From Octopus bimaculoides (Eukaryota): DNA of 63,738 nucleotides. Within the stretch, counting starts at the first letter, position 1. Every line of letters starts with the position of its first letter. Shown here one piece after another: positions 13,190 through 25,786 of the stretch. Location: positions 99,729,104 to 99,792,841 of the forward strand of contig NC_068981.1 of NCBI RefSeq assembly GCF_001194135.2. The letters run 5' to 3'. A model generated the notes under the pieces. That model searched no databases, was not told the DNA's origin, and was given only the letters and a program-made list of their open reading frames with translations. A program made the translations under genes and the position numbers.

Positions 13190-13690
13190 ACAGATCTAGG
13201 GAGGTGTATAATTGATTAAATCAACCCCAATACTTGTGATTTATTTTTTTTTAGCCAAGGAGGATATAAAAGAAGCAAAGTTGACTTGGCAGGACTGAAC
13301 TCCTCAGAACATAAAGGAACATCACAGGGTATTTTGTAAGGCATTCCTCTAGTTCTACCAATCTACAGTTGTAAGAATAATAATGATTTCTAACATAGGC
13401 CTAAAGTCACAAATTTGTAAGTGAAAAGATTAGTCAACTGAACTGATCCAGGAAATTAAAATTCAGAGGGTTTTAATTGAAAACTGTCAGGATGAACTGC
13501 AGTGCTCCAGAATTTGTGGCATAGAATGTAATAAATAATGATTTTTAATGTAGTCACAAGGATACAAATATTGCAAGATGAGATAATTGATCATATTGCC
13601 AATTCAATTGGTATTTACTGAATAAGTAAAAAGCAAAGTTGACTTTGGCAGGATCTGAATTCAGATTATATAGAGCATATTTAGTTCAAT
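13190..13690 (-). mobile_element. Two further decayed SINE family A copies
   Basis: aagcaaagttgactt(t)ggcagga..gaa(c/t)tc motifs near 13273 and 13630. Confidence 0.55.
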
Positions 13691-13699
13691 ACCCAGTAC

Positions 13700-13862
13700 A
13701 CCCTGAAAGTGGTTGGCATTAGGAAGGGCATCCAGCTGTAGAAACCATGCCAAAGCAGACACTGGAGCATGATGCAGTCCTTGGACCCATTGGATCCATT
13801 TCAAAATGTCTAACTCATGCCAGTGCAGAACATGGGCATAATGATGATGATGATGATGATCA
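13700..13862 (+). mobile_element. RTE-type 3' tail fragment with (GAT)n
   Basis: gtggttggcattaggaagggcatccagctgtagaaac...aatgatgatgatg. Confidence 0.8.
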
Positions 13863-15275
13863 ATGATACCTGGCGTTCTTTGCCATGAAATTATAATATT
13901 AAGAATTTCTATATTTGAAGCAACACAAATAATAAAAGTCTTTAACTTATGTACAAGGTATGCTTTTCAGGAAACAGTAACAGTCAGTTAAATCAATCTC
14001 ACTATTTGATTGCTATTAATTTTGTTGACAAGAGAGAAAGAAAGGCAGAAATGTATCAAAGCAGTATTTAAAGTAAGTATCTAAACGAACACAGCCATAT
14101 ACCAACAAGATATTTTATTTGACATTGTATCATTTCTGTTATCAACATGGCATGAGGATATGTGCATGTACATATATCATCAAAAAAAAAAAAATATTAC
14201 TGAACATCAGTTATCAATATTTTATACTCTTATAAAGATACAACATCTATTGAAACAGTTACATTCCTGTAAGGTCATACTTTCTTAATAAAAGATCTCA
14301 AAGGACAGGTGATGAGATGTGGATCTTGTCCAACTTATGCTAATATATAAGAGCAGAAGTAGAATGANNNNNNNNNNATATATATATATATTATATATAT
14401 ATATATAACATTATCATTTTCACATCTGATTTTCCAGACGGGCAAAGAATAGTCAGTTTTTGAGGCAGTGTTGTATGGCATGTTGCTCTTCTTGATGTGA
14501 ACTATTTTAGTCAGTTCTTATGATATGTAAGGAAAAATATGGTGTTTCTATTAAAAAAAGAGTTAGGACATATATACATTTGTATACACTCACACATAAA
14601 TGGAATACATGAGTGAGACAGGAACTCCTCACATGCACTAACAAGCATATATAAAAAGAATGTATAAGTTAAACACAGATTCAAGAAGCAGCATTGCTGG
14701 TTACCTGTATTGGGGTGCAGTAACTCCAAATAAGAACTGATGCAAGGTAGAGGAGACTCTTTGGTCCTCTAGCATAGAATAAGCTCTTAAATGTTAGTGG
14801 CAAAATAAAATGACTCCAATACATGCTGTGGTTGGAGATAGGAAGGGTATCTAGCCACAAAAAATGGAACCTATGCATGAGAGATAGACTTTGCAGTCTG
14901 CATTGCAGGATAACTATCTAGGAGGACAGTAACTTTGAAGGAGAGGGGATTCTTTAATCCTCCTGAAAAGGACAACTTGTCTAGTGCCAGTGGCATGATG
15001 AACTGCACCTAGTTCATGCTGTAAGATGCAATAACAAGCTGGCTGGTTTCCTCTGTGGCTGTGAGTGCTAGATGGTGTGGACCATGATGAGTGACAAGAT
15101 GTTGTGGGGCTCACACAATCCATGCTAACATGGCAAAATTTTTTTTTTAAATGTATGCTGCTGCTGATGATGATATAAATGCATTGTTGCTTTCTATTCA
15201 TAATGGAGTATAGACACAGTTTATCTCTTTTTATACATGTTAGCTTGTTGACACTATATTTCCACTTATGACTTA

Positions 15276-16732
15276 TCTTACAATAATGGGTGTTATGTCC
15301 GTCTGTCTGTATGTTCCTTCTTCATGGTCAAACGGCTGGACCAATGGTCACAATGTTTATTGGGATTATGAAGGAGGTAACCACAAAGGTTTTTAGCACA
15401 AAAAATTTGAAAAAGTATGATTATTTAGTGGATATTGACTTTTGTATTAATACATCTCCTTTGATTTTTTTTTGTTAAAATTCCAGCAACAAGGATTAAC
15501 TCTGGATTCCCCCCCCCCCCCAATATAGTTTGTGAATTTAGAGCGTATAAATTTGCGATACTATCCCTTTATTTCCCATCATAGATGGGCAGATTTGCTA
15601 TCTTACTATAATGGGTGTTATGTCCATCTGGCTGTCTTTTGTTCATCTCTTTGTTCCCTCTTCACAGCCAGATGGCTGGACCAATGGTTACGATATTTTG
15701 GTGGATTACAAAGACAGTTGTCAGAAAGGTTTTTGGCCTTAAGAAATCAGAAAGTATGATTATTTCATGGATATCGATTTTTGAATTGATAAACCACCTT
15801 TGCATTTTTATTAAAAATTCACCAACCACGAGTAACTGCAGATTTTCATCATATAGTCCATGGCCCTATCATAAATACAAAGGGGGTTGTGAAGATGGTT
15901 AATAGCAAAAATAAAATGGAAAAAGTGTGTGTCAGTATATTGTGTGTCAGTCTTGAGCAGGATTTGAAATGGCTAATCGAAGCAGCTGCTGTTTACATCT
16001 CAGTTTTCTCAATCAAAATAACACATGGTACCAAAACATCCAGACATTATTCGCATAGAACAGTGAGAGGTAAGTCTTAGTTTGATTTTTGCAACCCTAA
16101 AGATTCCACTTGCACATTCACAGTAAACATAGCACAGGGCCAGACTCTAGATCATGTAGATGTATTTTTACCCACTCCGATGTTTACATACAGCCAGTTA
16201 TACATCGCTATGAGTAGAGCAACGGACTCCAGTAATTTGAAAATTAGTACCGATCAAACAGAAAATATTGTCTACAAAGAAGTTTTGTAATCATATTGAT
16301 ATTATCAAAAGGAATATGATTCATAATTTAGTTAAGGAAATTTGTGAACTTTGAATGTAGAAGTGTATAAACAAGCATAAAATAGTGTAAACAACTAAAA
16401 TAAAAGTATATCTAAATAACATATTTTTCTTAATATTTTTTATGTAGTGGTTGAAGGAAGCTCTGGCTTTTGTTAGGAGTGGTCCACATAACCATTCATG
16501 ATACAGAGGCTGGGAGCCTATTTCAGTTTGGGAGTGAATCATAATCACATCACTTAGTCACATTCATGTTATATAGCTGCAATAGAATGCTGTGTCACTA
16601 ACAATAATATGCTTTCTCTAAGACATCACTCAATAATCTATCAAGTCCATTTACACATTTCTCAATATATACTGCTGTTATGACTTCCCTCCCTTGTTTT
16701 ATACCTCCATTGTAGATGGGTAGATTTGCTAG
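15276..16732 (+). mobile_element. Composite head-to-tail Helitron (unit 1 15276-15600; unit 2 15601-16732)
   Basis: Both units start TCTTAC(A/T)ATAATGGGTGTTATGTCC. Both end with a (c)ccat..atgg hairpin plus agatttgcta(g). The outer termini are A/TC...CTAG/T, the Helitron AT target. Confidence 0.85.
16117..16290 (+). pseudogene. Helitron RepHel PIF1-like helicase C-terminal remnant
   Basis: Open frame FTVNIAQGQTLDHVDVFLPTPMFTYSQLYIAMSRATDSSNLKISTDQTENIVYKEVL*. It matches the Helitron/PIF1 end pattern TINKSQGQTL...FxHGQLYVAxSR...TxNxVYxEVL*. Confidence 0.85.
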
Positions 16733-17234
16733 TAAGTGTAATTCTTCACAATCTAAAGTGATACATTGATTTTGTTTTCTTGAAATTTTTGTAAAGTTCT
16801 TTTTCCACTTCTTTAATCATCAGTAGTAACTGAATCTTTGAGAATTAAGTTGCAATATGGCTGAGAAAGGTGTGCCTCACTTTACTGTGCTGATGTTACA
16901 GTATTTTAGTGAGGAAGGTATATATATTTGCTGGTGTATGAAATTACTAAAAGAAATAACAATTCTTATATACTAAGCCTGGTTTATGCTGAAAAATAAC
17001 TTTGATCTACAATGTGTTATAGTGAGTGCAAAGTCTTTTTGTAAAGATTTTGCAAAAACTCTTAAGATGTTTCTTTTGTCCATTAACTAAAACATGACTT
17101 AATTCATTGTTAAAAGAGCTGTTTTGGTGTATGGACATCTTTCATTCTATATAAATGTCCAACCCATCTGATTTAGGACTTTTGCTGTGAAATAGCCATG
17201 TTTAGTATATAGAAACTTTCTAAAAGAATTTTGC

Positions 17235-18087
17235 TTGATGCTCCGTTGGATGTGTAATGTCAATGTGAATACCCGTCAGAGTGTAAGTATCTTGAGAGAA
17301 AAGCTGAACATTAGAAGCATCAGTTGTGGTATGCAAGAGAGACGATTGCGCTGGTATGGACATGTGGTGAGAATGGATGAGGATAGCTGCGTGAAAAAGT
17401 GCCACACCCTAACAGTTGAGGGAACCCGTGGAAGAGGTAGGCCCAGGAAGACCTGGGCTGAGGTGGTGAGGCAAGACCTTCATACATTGGGCCTCACCGA
17501 GGCGATGACTACTGACCGAGACCTTTGGAAATGTGCTGTGCATGAGGTGACCCNNNNNNNNNNNNNNNNNNNNNNNNNNNNNNNNNNNNNNNNNNNNNNN
17601 NNNNNNNNNNNNNNNNNNNNNNNNNNNNNNNNNNNNNNNNNNNNNNNNNNNNNNNNNNNNNNNNNNNNNNNNNNNNNNNNNNNNNNNNNNNNNNNNNNNN
17701 NNNNNNNNNNNNNNNNNNNNNNNNNNNNNNNNNNNNNNNNNNNNNNNNNNNNNNNNNNNNNNNNNNNNNNNNNNNNNNNNNNNNNNNNNNNNNNNNNNNN
17801 NNNNNNNNNNNNNACTGGCTTGTGCGGGTGGCACATAAGAGACACCATTTCGAGCGTGGCCGTTGCCAGTATCGCCTGACTGGCCTTCGTGCAGGTGACA
17901 CGTAAAAGCACCTACTACACTCTCTGAGTGGTTGGCATCAGGAAGGGCATCCAGCTGTAGAAACTCTGCCAAATTTAGATTGGAGCCTGGTGTTGCCATC
18001 CGGTTTCACCAGTTCTCAGTCAAGTCGTCCAACCCATGCTAGCATGGAAAGCGGACGTTAAACGATGATGATGATGATGATGATGAT
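17235..18087 (+). mobile_element. Young 5'-truncated RTE LINE (ORF2 C-terminus, N gap, 3' UTR, (GAT)n tail)
   Basis: Peptide LRWMCNV...ERRLRWYGHVVRMDEDSCVKKC...GRGRPRKTWAEVVRQDL is the typical RTE post-RT region. Confidence 0.95.
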
Positions 18088-19124
18088 TCTGACTTATCAT
18101 TAAATACACTGCGGAAAATCTGTTCATAATTAATTACAAGGTAAGATCTTATAATAAAATACAGATTGTTATACAACTGTCTGTTGCCTTATAGTTGTAA
18201 AAATGAATGACAGAAGGAAAACTTCTGTTTGCAATTTAAGAGTTAACAATTCAGTTACCTTGTCATTGATATAGGGTTGTCTATGTTATAAATTTCAGTG
18301 AGAACAGTACCTGCTCTTTGAAATTTATTACTTAAAAGTTGTTTGATAGCATCAACAATTTTTGTTGAGTTGGATGGATCAGTTAGATCTATATTCTTAG
18401 CTGACTGAAGTAGCCTATTAATAGGTTCTTTTTAATTTTACCAAGGATCAATGAACTTTTCATCTAGAAGTTCTAAACACATTGATAGACTTAAGAACTT
18501 TATTGTTCCAAACTAAACATAAAAGACTAGAAAAGTATGAAAAATAATTAATGAAGATGAAACTCAAATGCAGTGGTATTTTCAACAATCTATATCATCA
18601 TCATCATCATCATTGTCATAGAAAGTGGATGTAAATGATGGTGAGAATGATGATGAGAGTGATTGCTTTTGATCTTGGAGTAAAATAGCTTTTCCAGTAA
18701 TCAAAACTGTTTTACAAATACATTTGCACTCAGTTTATACAGAAAGTGACCTTCATTTACAGTCTTTTTTCTCTTGACCTTGTCAGTGATGATGACAATG
18801 AGGGCAGAGTTGAAAAAAGATAACAATGAGAATGATAATGTTTATGAAGACTGGAATGACAATGTAAGGTAATATCACACCAATACTATAGTTTATATTC
18901 CCATCCTATTTCTATTTGTTTATTATACTCTCCACTGATAATAAATTTTCCACGTAATATCATTGACAGGGATCCTTTCCCCAGAACCATATTTTAAGCA
19001 ATCCAAAGACAGAGTGTATTCTACATGGCTACTCAACCCACTAATTAAACATTGCTCTCAAAATTTGCCTTATTGTTATAAGTCAACTTGATCATAGCTA
19101 ACTTGAGATTAAACAATAACAACC

Positions 19125-19915
19125 ATTGACAACACACTCATCATTGTTGTCATGTATTGTATGCCTGAACACATTGATGACACAACAAAAGTCTTCCTGA
19201 TAACGTGTGAGTTCTCCAGCTGCCTTACCACTCTTGTCCAACCAGTTCTTGACATTGTCCATCCATTACATTCTTTACCTGCCTCTTGATCTACTGTCCT
19301 CTATTCTTCCTTCCATAATAATGTTTTCCAAACCGCTGCTTCTTTGAATACGGCCATAATAAATGAGCCTTAGTATTTTCACAATGTTCAGGGGTTATCT
19401 ATTTGTTGTAACACCCATTCATTTGTCTGATGATTCTTGTAACATTATCCCATACATCCACATTTCAAATGCCCTGATTACCTTCTCTTCAAATTTGTTC
19501 AGGGTCCATGCTTTGCAATCATAAATGCCTATTGGCCAAATGAGTACTCACTCTAGCCTAATTTTTAACTTAGTTGAGACATTTTTGCTTGTCCAAATGT
19601 TATCATGCTTTTCCATGGACGTTCTTGCCATGGTTAACCATGTCCTAATTTCTTTCTTACATGTTTCTTCATCAGAGATTTGGGTTCCAAGATACTCATA
19701 CAATTCAATCTGTTTCAAGCCCCTCACAGCAGAGTTTGATGTTACCATTTATCTTCTCTTTTCCTACTACCACGACTTTTGTTTTCTTGTGGTTGAGATT
19801 AAGGCCATGCACATTTGATATCTTCTCAATTCTGTTCATCATTTCTTGTAGTCTAGCTTCAGTCTTAGCAAGCAGAGTAGTTTTATCTGCATACTTTAGA
19901 TTAGAAAATTAAAAG
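19125..19915 (-). mobile_element. Older RTE-clade LINE fragment of a different family (RT thumb to C-terminus)
   Basis: ORF 19548-19748 LYEYLGTQISDEETCKKEIRTWLTMARTSMEKHDNIWTSKNVSTKLKIRL. It continues as LIWPIGIYDCKAWTL...AFEMW...LENIIMEGRIEDSRSRGR, with stops and frameshifts. Confidence 0.85.
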
Positions 19916-19940
19916 CATGCAAGCTTCATGCATTATCCAT

Positions 19941-20465
19941 CATCATCATCATCGTTTAACGTCCGCTTTCCATGCTGGCATGGGTTGGACGATTTGACTG
20001 AGGACTGGTGAAACCGGATGGCAACACCAGGCTCCAGTCTGATTTGGCAGAGTTTCTACAGCTGGATGCCCTTCCTAACGCCAACCACTCAGAGAGTGTA
20101 GTGGGTGCTTTTACGTGTCACCCGCACGAAAACGGCCACGCTCGAAATGGTGTCTTTTATGTGCCACCCGCACAAGCCAGTCCAGGGGCACTGGCAACGA
20201 TCTTACTTGGCTTGCCGGGTCTTCTCACGCACAGCCCATTTCCAAAGGTCTCGGTCCGTAGTCATCGCCTCGGTGAGGCCCAATGTACGAAGGTCTTGCC
20301 TCACCACCTCAGCCCAGGTCTTCCTGGGCCTACCTCTTCCACGGGTTCCCTCAACTGTTAGGGTGTGGCACTTTTTCACGCAGCTATCCTCCTCCATTCT
20401 CACCACATGTCCATACCAGCGCAATCGTCTCTCTTGCACGCCACAACTGATGCTTCTCCGTACAA
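19941..20465 (-). mobile_element. Young 5'-truncated RTE LINE
   Basis: ORF 20203-20484 peptide is nearly identical to 17235 and ends in a natural stop (...REKTRQAK*). The 3' UTR differs from 1-235 at only about 2 positions by eye. Confidence 0.95.
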
Positions 20466-20949
20466 AATCAAAATTAAGAAACATAAATCCATTTTTTAAT
20501 GTTTAGGTCTGCAGGAAGGAAGTTGTATCCATGGCCTTTGTAGACTCTCTGAGATTGGTGAGATCAATGTAGTTAATATTCTTGTTGAACAGTTGCAAGA
20601 TGGCAGTTACATAACAGACATAGGCAGGGAGGGAATTCTAAGGGGGTACAAGTACATGCAGAGGAAGAATGTTTGGATAAAGTGATTAGTATAGGTTATG
20701 GTGAGTTGGTTAGGAAACAATGTGGGTAACTTTAGATTTTTTAGTAGCACAGTATTTTAATGTTACCACTGCACATCATTATTATACAATTATTGTACTA
20801 CTTCAAAAGCAATTAAAGTAGTATTTTTCATTCATGAATAATAACATCCCTTTTCCATTTAAATTGCCATTCATTATAAAGGTATTTTGACAACCTCCAC
20901 TCTTTGTTTCATGAAATTCATTAACTCAAGGTTTTAGCTGTTTTCTTTC

Positions 20950-22280
20950 ACCAGATGCCCAAAAAGCAAAGGGAAATTTTAAAGTTTAAAACCCTCTGGG
21001 CCAAGCAAATCATACACAGGCACCCAAAATATCTGGGACTTGGAGGAATCATAGCACTCACCAACATCTACAACTACTCATCCTGACATTATCAAATTCC
21101 TAGAATTTGGAAGCTAGACAAAATTGAAACATTTCTAAAACTTTACAAAAACTTGAGGAAGTAATATCATTCAGATGCATCATCCTCATGCACATTCTAA
21201 AAATTCTAGAAAAAACTAATACTTAATATAACTTTCAGATCCCCCTCTCTAAGTCACAACATGAATTTAGACCACCACACTTAACCACCAGACTACTCAC
21301 AAACCTAACAGAGGAAGTATATGATGGCTTAAACAACAAAAGCCTCCTTTATGTACCATTCTAACTGCCATCAATAACAGCAAACCTTTTCACTCCATTT
21401 CATGCTACTTGCTCAAAGCAAAAAGTACTCAACACATCCTAAAAAAAAAGGAAAACATTAGCTAGCAAACTGCCTCTCAGACTACCAAGCCAATGTAGTG
21501 TACAATAACAATATTTCCAGGACTTACAATATAATTTCCCAAATGTAATACCACAGGAATCCCTCTTCTTACTCACTCTTACCAATCTTTATCTGTATGA
21601 CATTCCTACACTTCCATAACAGGCTCATACAGAAGATATTACATTCACATCCTCCCACCACTCTTCAGATATTGTTGCACAACAGACCCAACCCCATTTA
21701 AATCTTTCAGAAACCTGGCTCCACAATGACAGACTTAAAATGGCACCTACCAAATCCACTTCTTACCAGCAACGTTAACGAACACTCAACAATGTAAACA
21801 TACTGCATTCACATAAGACTATATTATCTGAGGGATATTTAGTGGCATTTTCTAGCAGGTCAAGTATCCTACACCCTATTCAAATAAAGGATACTCAACT
21901 GACTGGCATGGAGTTACTCACCAACATCTTGTCCACAAACATCTCTAAATCTTACTCACTGCTACTACAATGGCCTTTGTTCCTCAGAGCTGATGATATG
22001 CCATCTCCACCCAGGCCCACTTCTCTCCTCTATCTTTCCCACATCACTCATAATCTACTTCTGCCTCAAGGACATGCACAAAACCTTACATACAATCCTA
22101 CCTCCCCTGAATGTTATCCCTCTGGAATTCTGTTTCTGATCATGTTTTTCTTACAGTTGTTGACTTGCAACTCAAGAGCCTCAACTGTTTCAGTCTCACT
22201 GGTCTTGATCAGTCTGTGTCAAGCATAGGCACAGATCAAACCACAAACAGAACAACAAAATCAAAAACACACCTCATAGA
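20950..22280 (+). pseudogene. Decayed reverse transcriptase of an I-group (Nimb/Ingi-like) LINE
   Basis: Recoverable motifs in order: IPRIWK (domain 1), KILEKL, QHxFRP, NVIPQES..NLYLYDIP (GVPQGS), HTEDITF (YADD) and TWLHNDRLKMAPTKS. Clade assignment is inference. Confidence 0.8.
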
Positions 22281-22440
22281 AGCTCTTCTTATTTGACTTG
22301 ATATAGTTGTTGGGTTTATGTGAGCAAAATGTAGTTTGGCAAGGAATGTAATTTTGATAAAACTGATGTCATATAGTTAAGTTAATCACATAAACATACT
22401 AATTCAATCAAATCTTCTGTTCAGGAATTACACAAACATG

Positions 22441-22487
<47 letters not shown>

Positions 22488-24324
22488 AACTTGGACATCC
22501 TCATAAACATCTTCATGTGTACTCCTATTTTAAATAATGTTCACCAAATACATATCATATTACTGTGCAAAGAACTTCTATAGAATATGCACACATGAAC
22601 ACAGCTTGTACACACAAAAAAGATATACACACATATCATATAAAGAGATTCATAAACATAACGCATAGAAAGATTCATATGCAAATGAATGTATGCAGAC
22701 CTATACAAACACACCAGTGTTATACAAACATAAACTATATTGTCAATAGGAGGAGAAGGTTATTGAGAAATGGCATCTGGAAGGAAGAGAAACTGGTAAA
22801 CTGCATGTTTTATAGAGTCTGATGACATATACTGCAATAATTTTCAGGAATTATACAAGACTGGAAGCATAAAAAAAAAAGGAGAAAAGGAATAAATCTT
22901 TTGATTGAATAATTCTCAATCAAAATATATTTCAGTCAATGGGCTTCCAAGCAAATATGATTTAATATAAGTTATTGTTGATATTGAGGAAAACCAACGG
23001 CATAGCAGTAGCTACTCAAACAGTTTGAAGCAATATAATATCCATACTGGATGTAGCAGGCCTTATCATAGACTTCAACAATTCACTTGTACATCAACTT
23101 AAAAAATATCAATACAAACATTGAAAAGCAGCAATGCAAAAAAATAGCTTCTTTCAACAAGACTCAAAAGCCTAAGCTAAAGATATGAATAGGATACAGT
23201 TATAAATTAGTATATTACTTAGTGTATCATTTTACTGAGTCAGCAGGATGGAAGGCAAAGTTCAACTGGCATGATTCATAGTAAGAGGAGCCAATGAAAC
23301 AGCTTCTACATTGTCACTCATCCTACTATAAATAAATAGGAGCCAAATGGCCCTCAGATAACATCCTATTATCTTTTAAAGGGAAATAAACATCAAATAA
23401 ATATAGTTTGGTTTTCACTAGACATGAATAACCTTGTTTAAAAAAACTGGCCACATGGGACATAACTCATCACCAGGTTGGATGTACTACTAGGCATGCC
23501 TTTCAGAAAGTTTATGTGGCCACAGTTTGTCCATAATTGATTTGCACCATGTTATAAAGAAAAAGATAGAGAGGTCATATTTGGAATGTCTTTGATCGTA
23601 GGTTTGCAAGATCAGAACAAACCTTAGGATAAAAACAAAAATATCAACCAACAAACTGAGAAACAAGACAAATGAAACTAAAAAGACATTTAATCTTATG
23701 TTTTGCTCTTATTAGAAGAATAAAGAATAGAAATATTGAGATAAAGTAGCATAAACCACAAACCAATGGAAGCAGCAACATTGTAAAGTAGAACTGTGGG
23801 AAATAAGATGTATAGGAAGAATACAAGAACTTGCAGTGGGGTTTTAGTAAATATGAATCATAGCAGGTTGAGTACTTAGAATTTGTTGGAAAATGAGGAA
23901 CTAGTTTGTCCATAAAAAAAAAATCATCTTATATATTTAAGAGAATATATATGTTTATGAATCAAAATATATGTTGAAAAGAATATATAAAATATTGCTT
24001 AAGTAGTATTTTGAGCATAATTCTATAATACTGAATAACATTTGAAATAGAATCTTGTCAAGAAAGACTAATTTATATAGAAAACTTTCTACGAAATAGA
24101 TATATCTGCATTGGGGTTTCAAAAATATGGTGGTGTAATAATTTACTGAGAATTTCCATGACTGAACACAAAGATGGTTGTATGATTAACATGTTATGTT
24201 TCTATCACAATCACAGATTTGATCTCTCATTATAGTACTTTGGGCATGTGAATCTATGAGAGCCACAAGTTGACCAATGATTTGTAAATAAAATTTGGTG
24301 GATATAAACTGTGTGGAAATATAT

Positions 24325-24730
24325 CATCATTTAATGTCTCCTTTTCCATGCTTGCATGGGTCAGAGGGAATTTGTTGAGGCAAGTTTCTAAGGTCAGATA
24401 TCCTTTCTGTCATCAACTTTTACCTATTTCCAAGCAAGGTAATATTTCCCCATGTCCAACATGTCTTTCTCAGAAGGCTTGAAACAAACAACATCACTTA
24501 TATGACGATGATGCCCATTTACAAGTATCATTTGTCAAGACAAGGGTACACATAAATACACACAGATATATACATACATACCTACATATTTATATGACAA
24601 GCTTCTTTCAGTTTTTTTTCTATCAAACCAACTCACAAAGCTTTAGTTAGTTGGCCAGGGGCTATGGTAAAAAACACTTGCCCCTTGTGCCATGCAGTGG
24701 GATTGAAATTGAGACCAAATGGGTGGGAAT
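24325..24730 (-). mobile_element. SINE with family-B head/CORE but an RTE-type (GAT)n 3' tail (family C)
   Basis: Head and CORE at 24595-24730, RTE tail at 24325-24420. The homologous plus-strand copy is at 30985-31351. Confidence 0.7.
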
Positions 24731-24872
24731 CTATTGCCATTTCTTTCAATTGTCATCATTGTATATAAATACATATATATACATATGTATGTGTCTAAAC
24801 CCTAGATTTCACTTTACCCTGAAAGACCATAAGCTAGATTTCTCTAAGAAACCCTCTATTAAACTTAAGTGC

Positions 24873-24903
<31 letters not shown>

Positions 24904-24942
24904 TATTCCTCTGTGGGTGTGTGGGTGTGTATTAGATAGATA

Positions 24943-25786
24943 GATTACATGGGAAATGTGAGCAAGAGAAATAATATTCTTAAGATTATAAACCTGGAAA
25001 TTTACAGGACGAGTTATTACACTTGGAAAAATTCAGGACAACTTATTACATCTGGTAAAGTACAGAACATGAAAATTTTTGCTTAAAATATTGCAGCTAA
25101 GGATAAAATTTCAAATAAAATATTTAGATTTAGAAAATATTAGCTTTTATTAAAACTAAGCATTTTATTACAAGTTATTACTTCTATTGTTGTTACCTCT
25201 ATTAAAAAATAACTCAAAATATTTTTTGCATTTAAAAAAAATTCATTTTTAAAAAAATTATCAATTAAAAATTTGAAATTTGAAAATAGGTTATAAAAAA
25301 TAATAGTAGTACATAATTAGTTAGTACAATAAATTGAAAAATTAGTTATATGTTTACAGTAAAATCTACCTATAACAACAAATTCACAGTAAAATTTGCT
25401 TGAGATTGTGAAGTCTTCACATTTTTAGTCTTGACCCAATGCCTAATTTTACATAATGAAATTGCCTACCATATATACTACTCTACTTTGCATAAAACTT
25501 TAACTTACATTGGTACATATTTTAAGTATTCTAGTGTGTCAATATTTTAACAAAATGATGATCCTTTTTTTAACTATAACGTTACTTTGTAAATTAAAAT
25601 CTAATTTTTTTTTACATTCACATTTTATCCTCAGCTGCAATATTTTAAGTAAAAATTTTCTTGTTCTGTATTTTACCAGATGTAATAAGCTGTCCTGAAC
25701 TTTTTCAAATGTAATAACTTCTGTAAGTTTCCAGGTTTATAATCTTAAGAATATTATTTCTCTTGCTTGCATTTTTCTATGTAATC
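24943..25786. mobile_element. Foldback/MITE-like element: about 165-bp inverted arms (24943-25109 and 25622-25786) around an AT-rich spacer of about 510 bp
   Basis: Left arm gattacat...agcaagagaaataatattcttaagattataaacctggaaa...attgcagctaaggataaaat is the reverse complement of the right arm, with scattered mismatches. The arms contain roughly 30-bp ttattaca subrepeats. Confidence 0.8.

Noticed and set aside
18787-18868. 82-nt exon candidate (MMTMRAELKKDNNENDNVYEDWNDNV)
   Set aside because: It lies in decayed (GAT/GAC/AAT) low-complexity DNA and its phase conflicts with the downstream candidates.
20008-20506. Plus-strand ORFs of 117 and 133 aa (and minus ORFs 17409-17999)
   Set aside because: They are antisense frames of the RTE ORF2 and 3' UTR.
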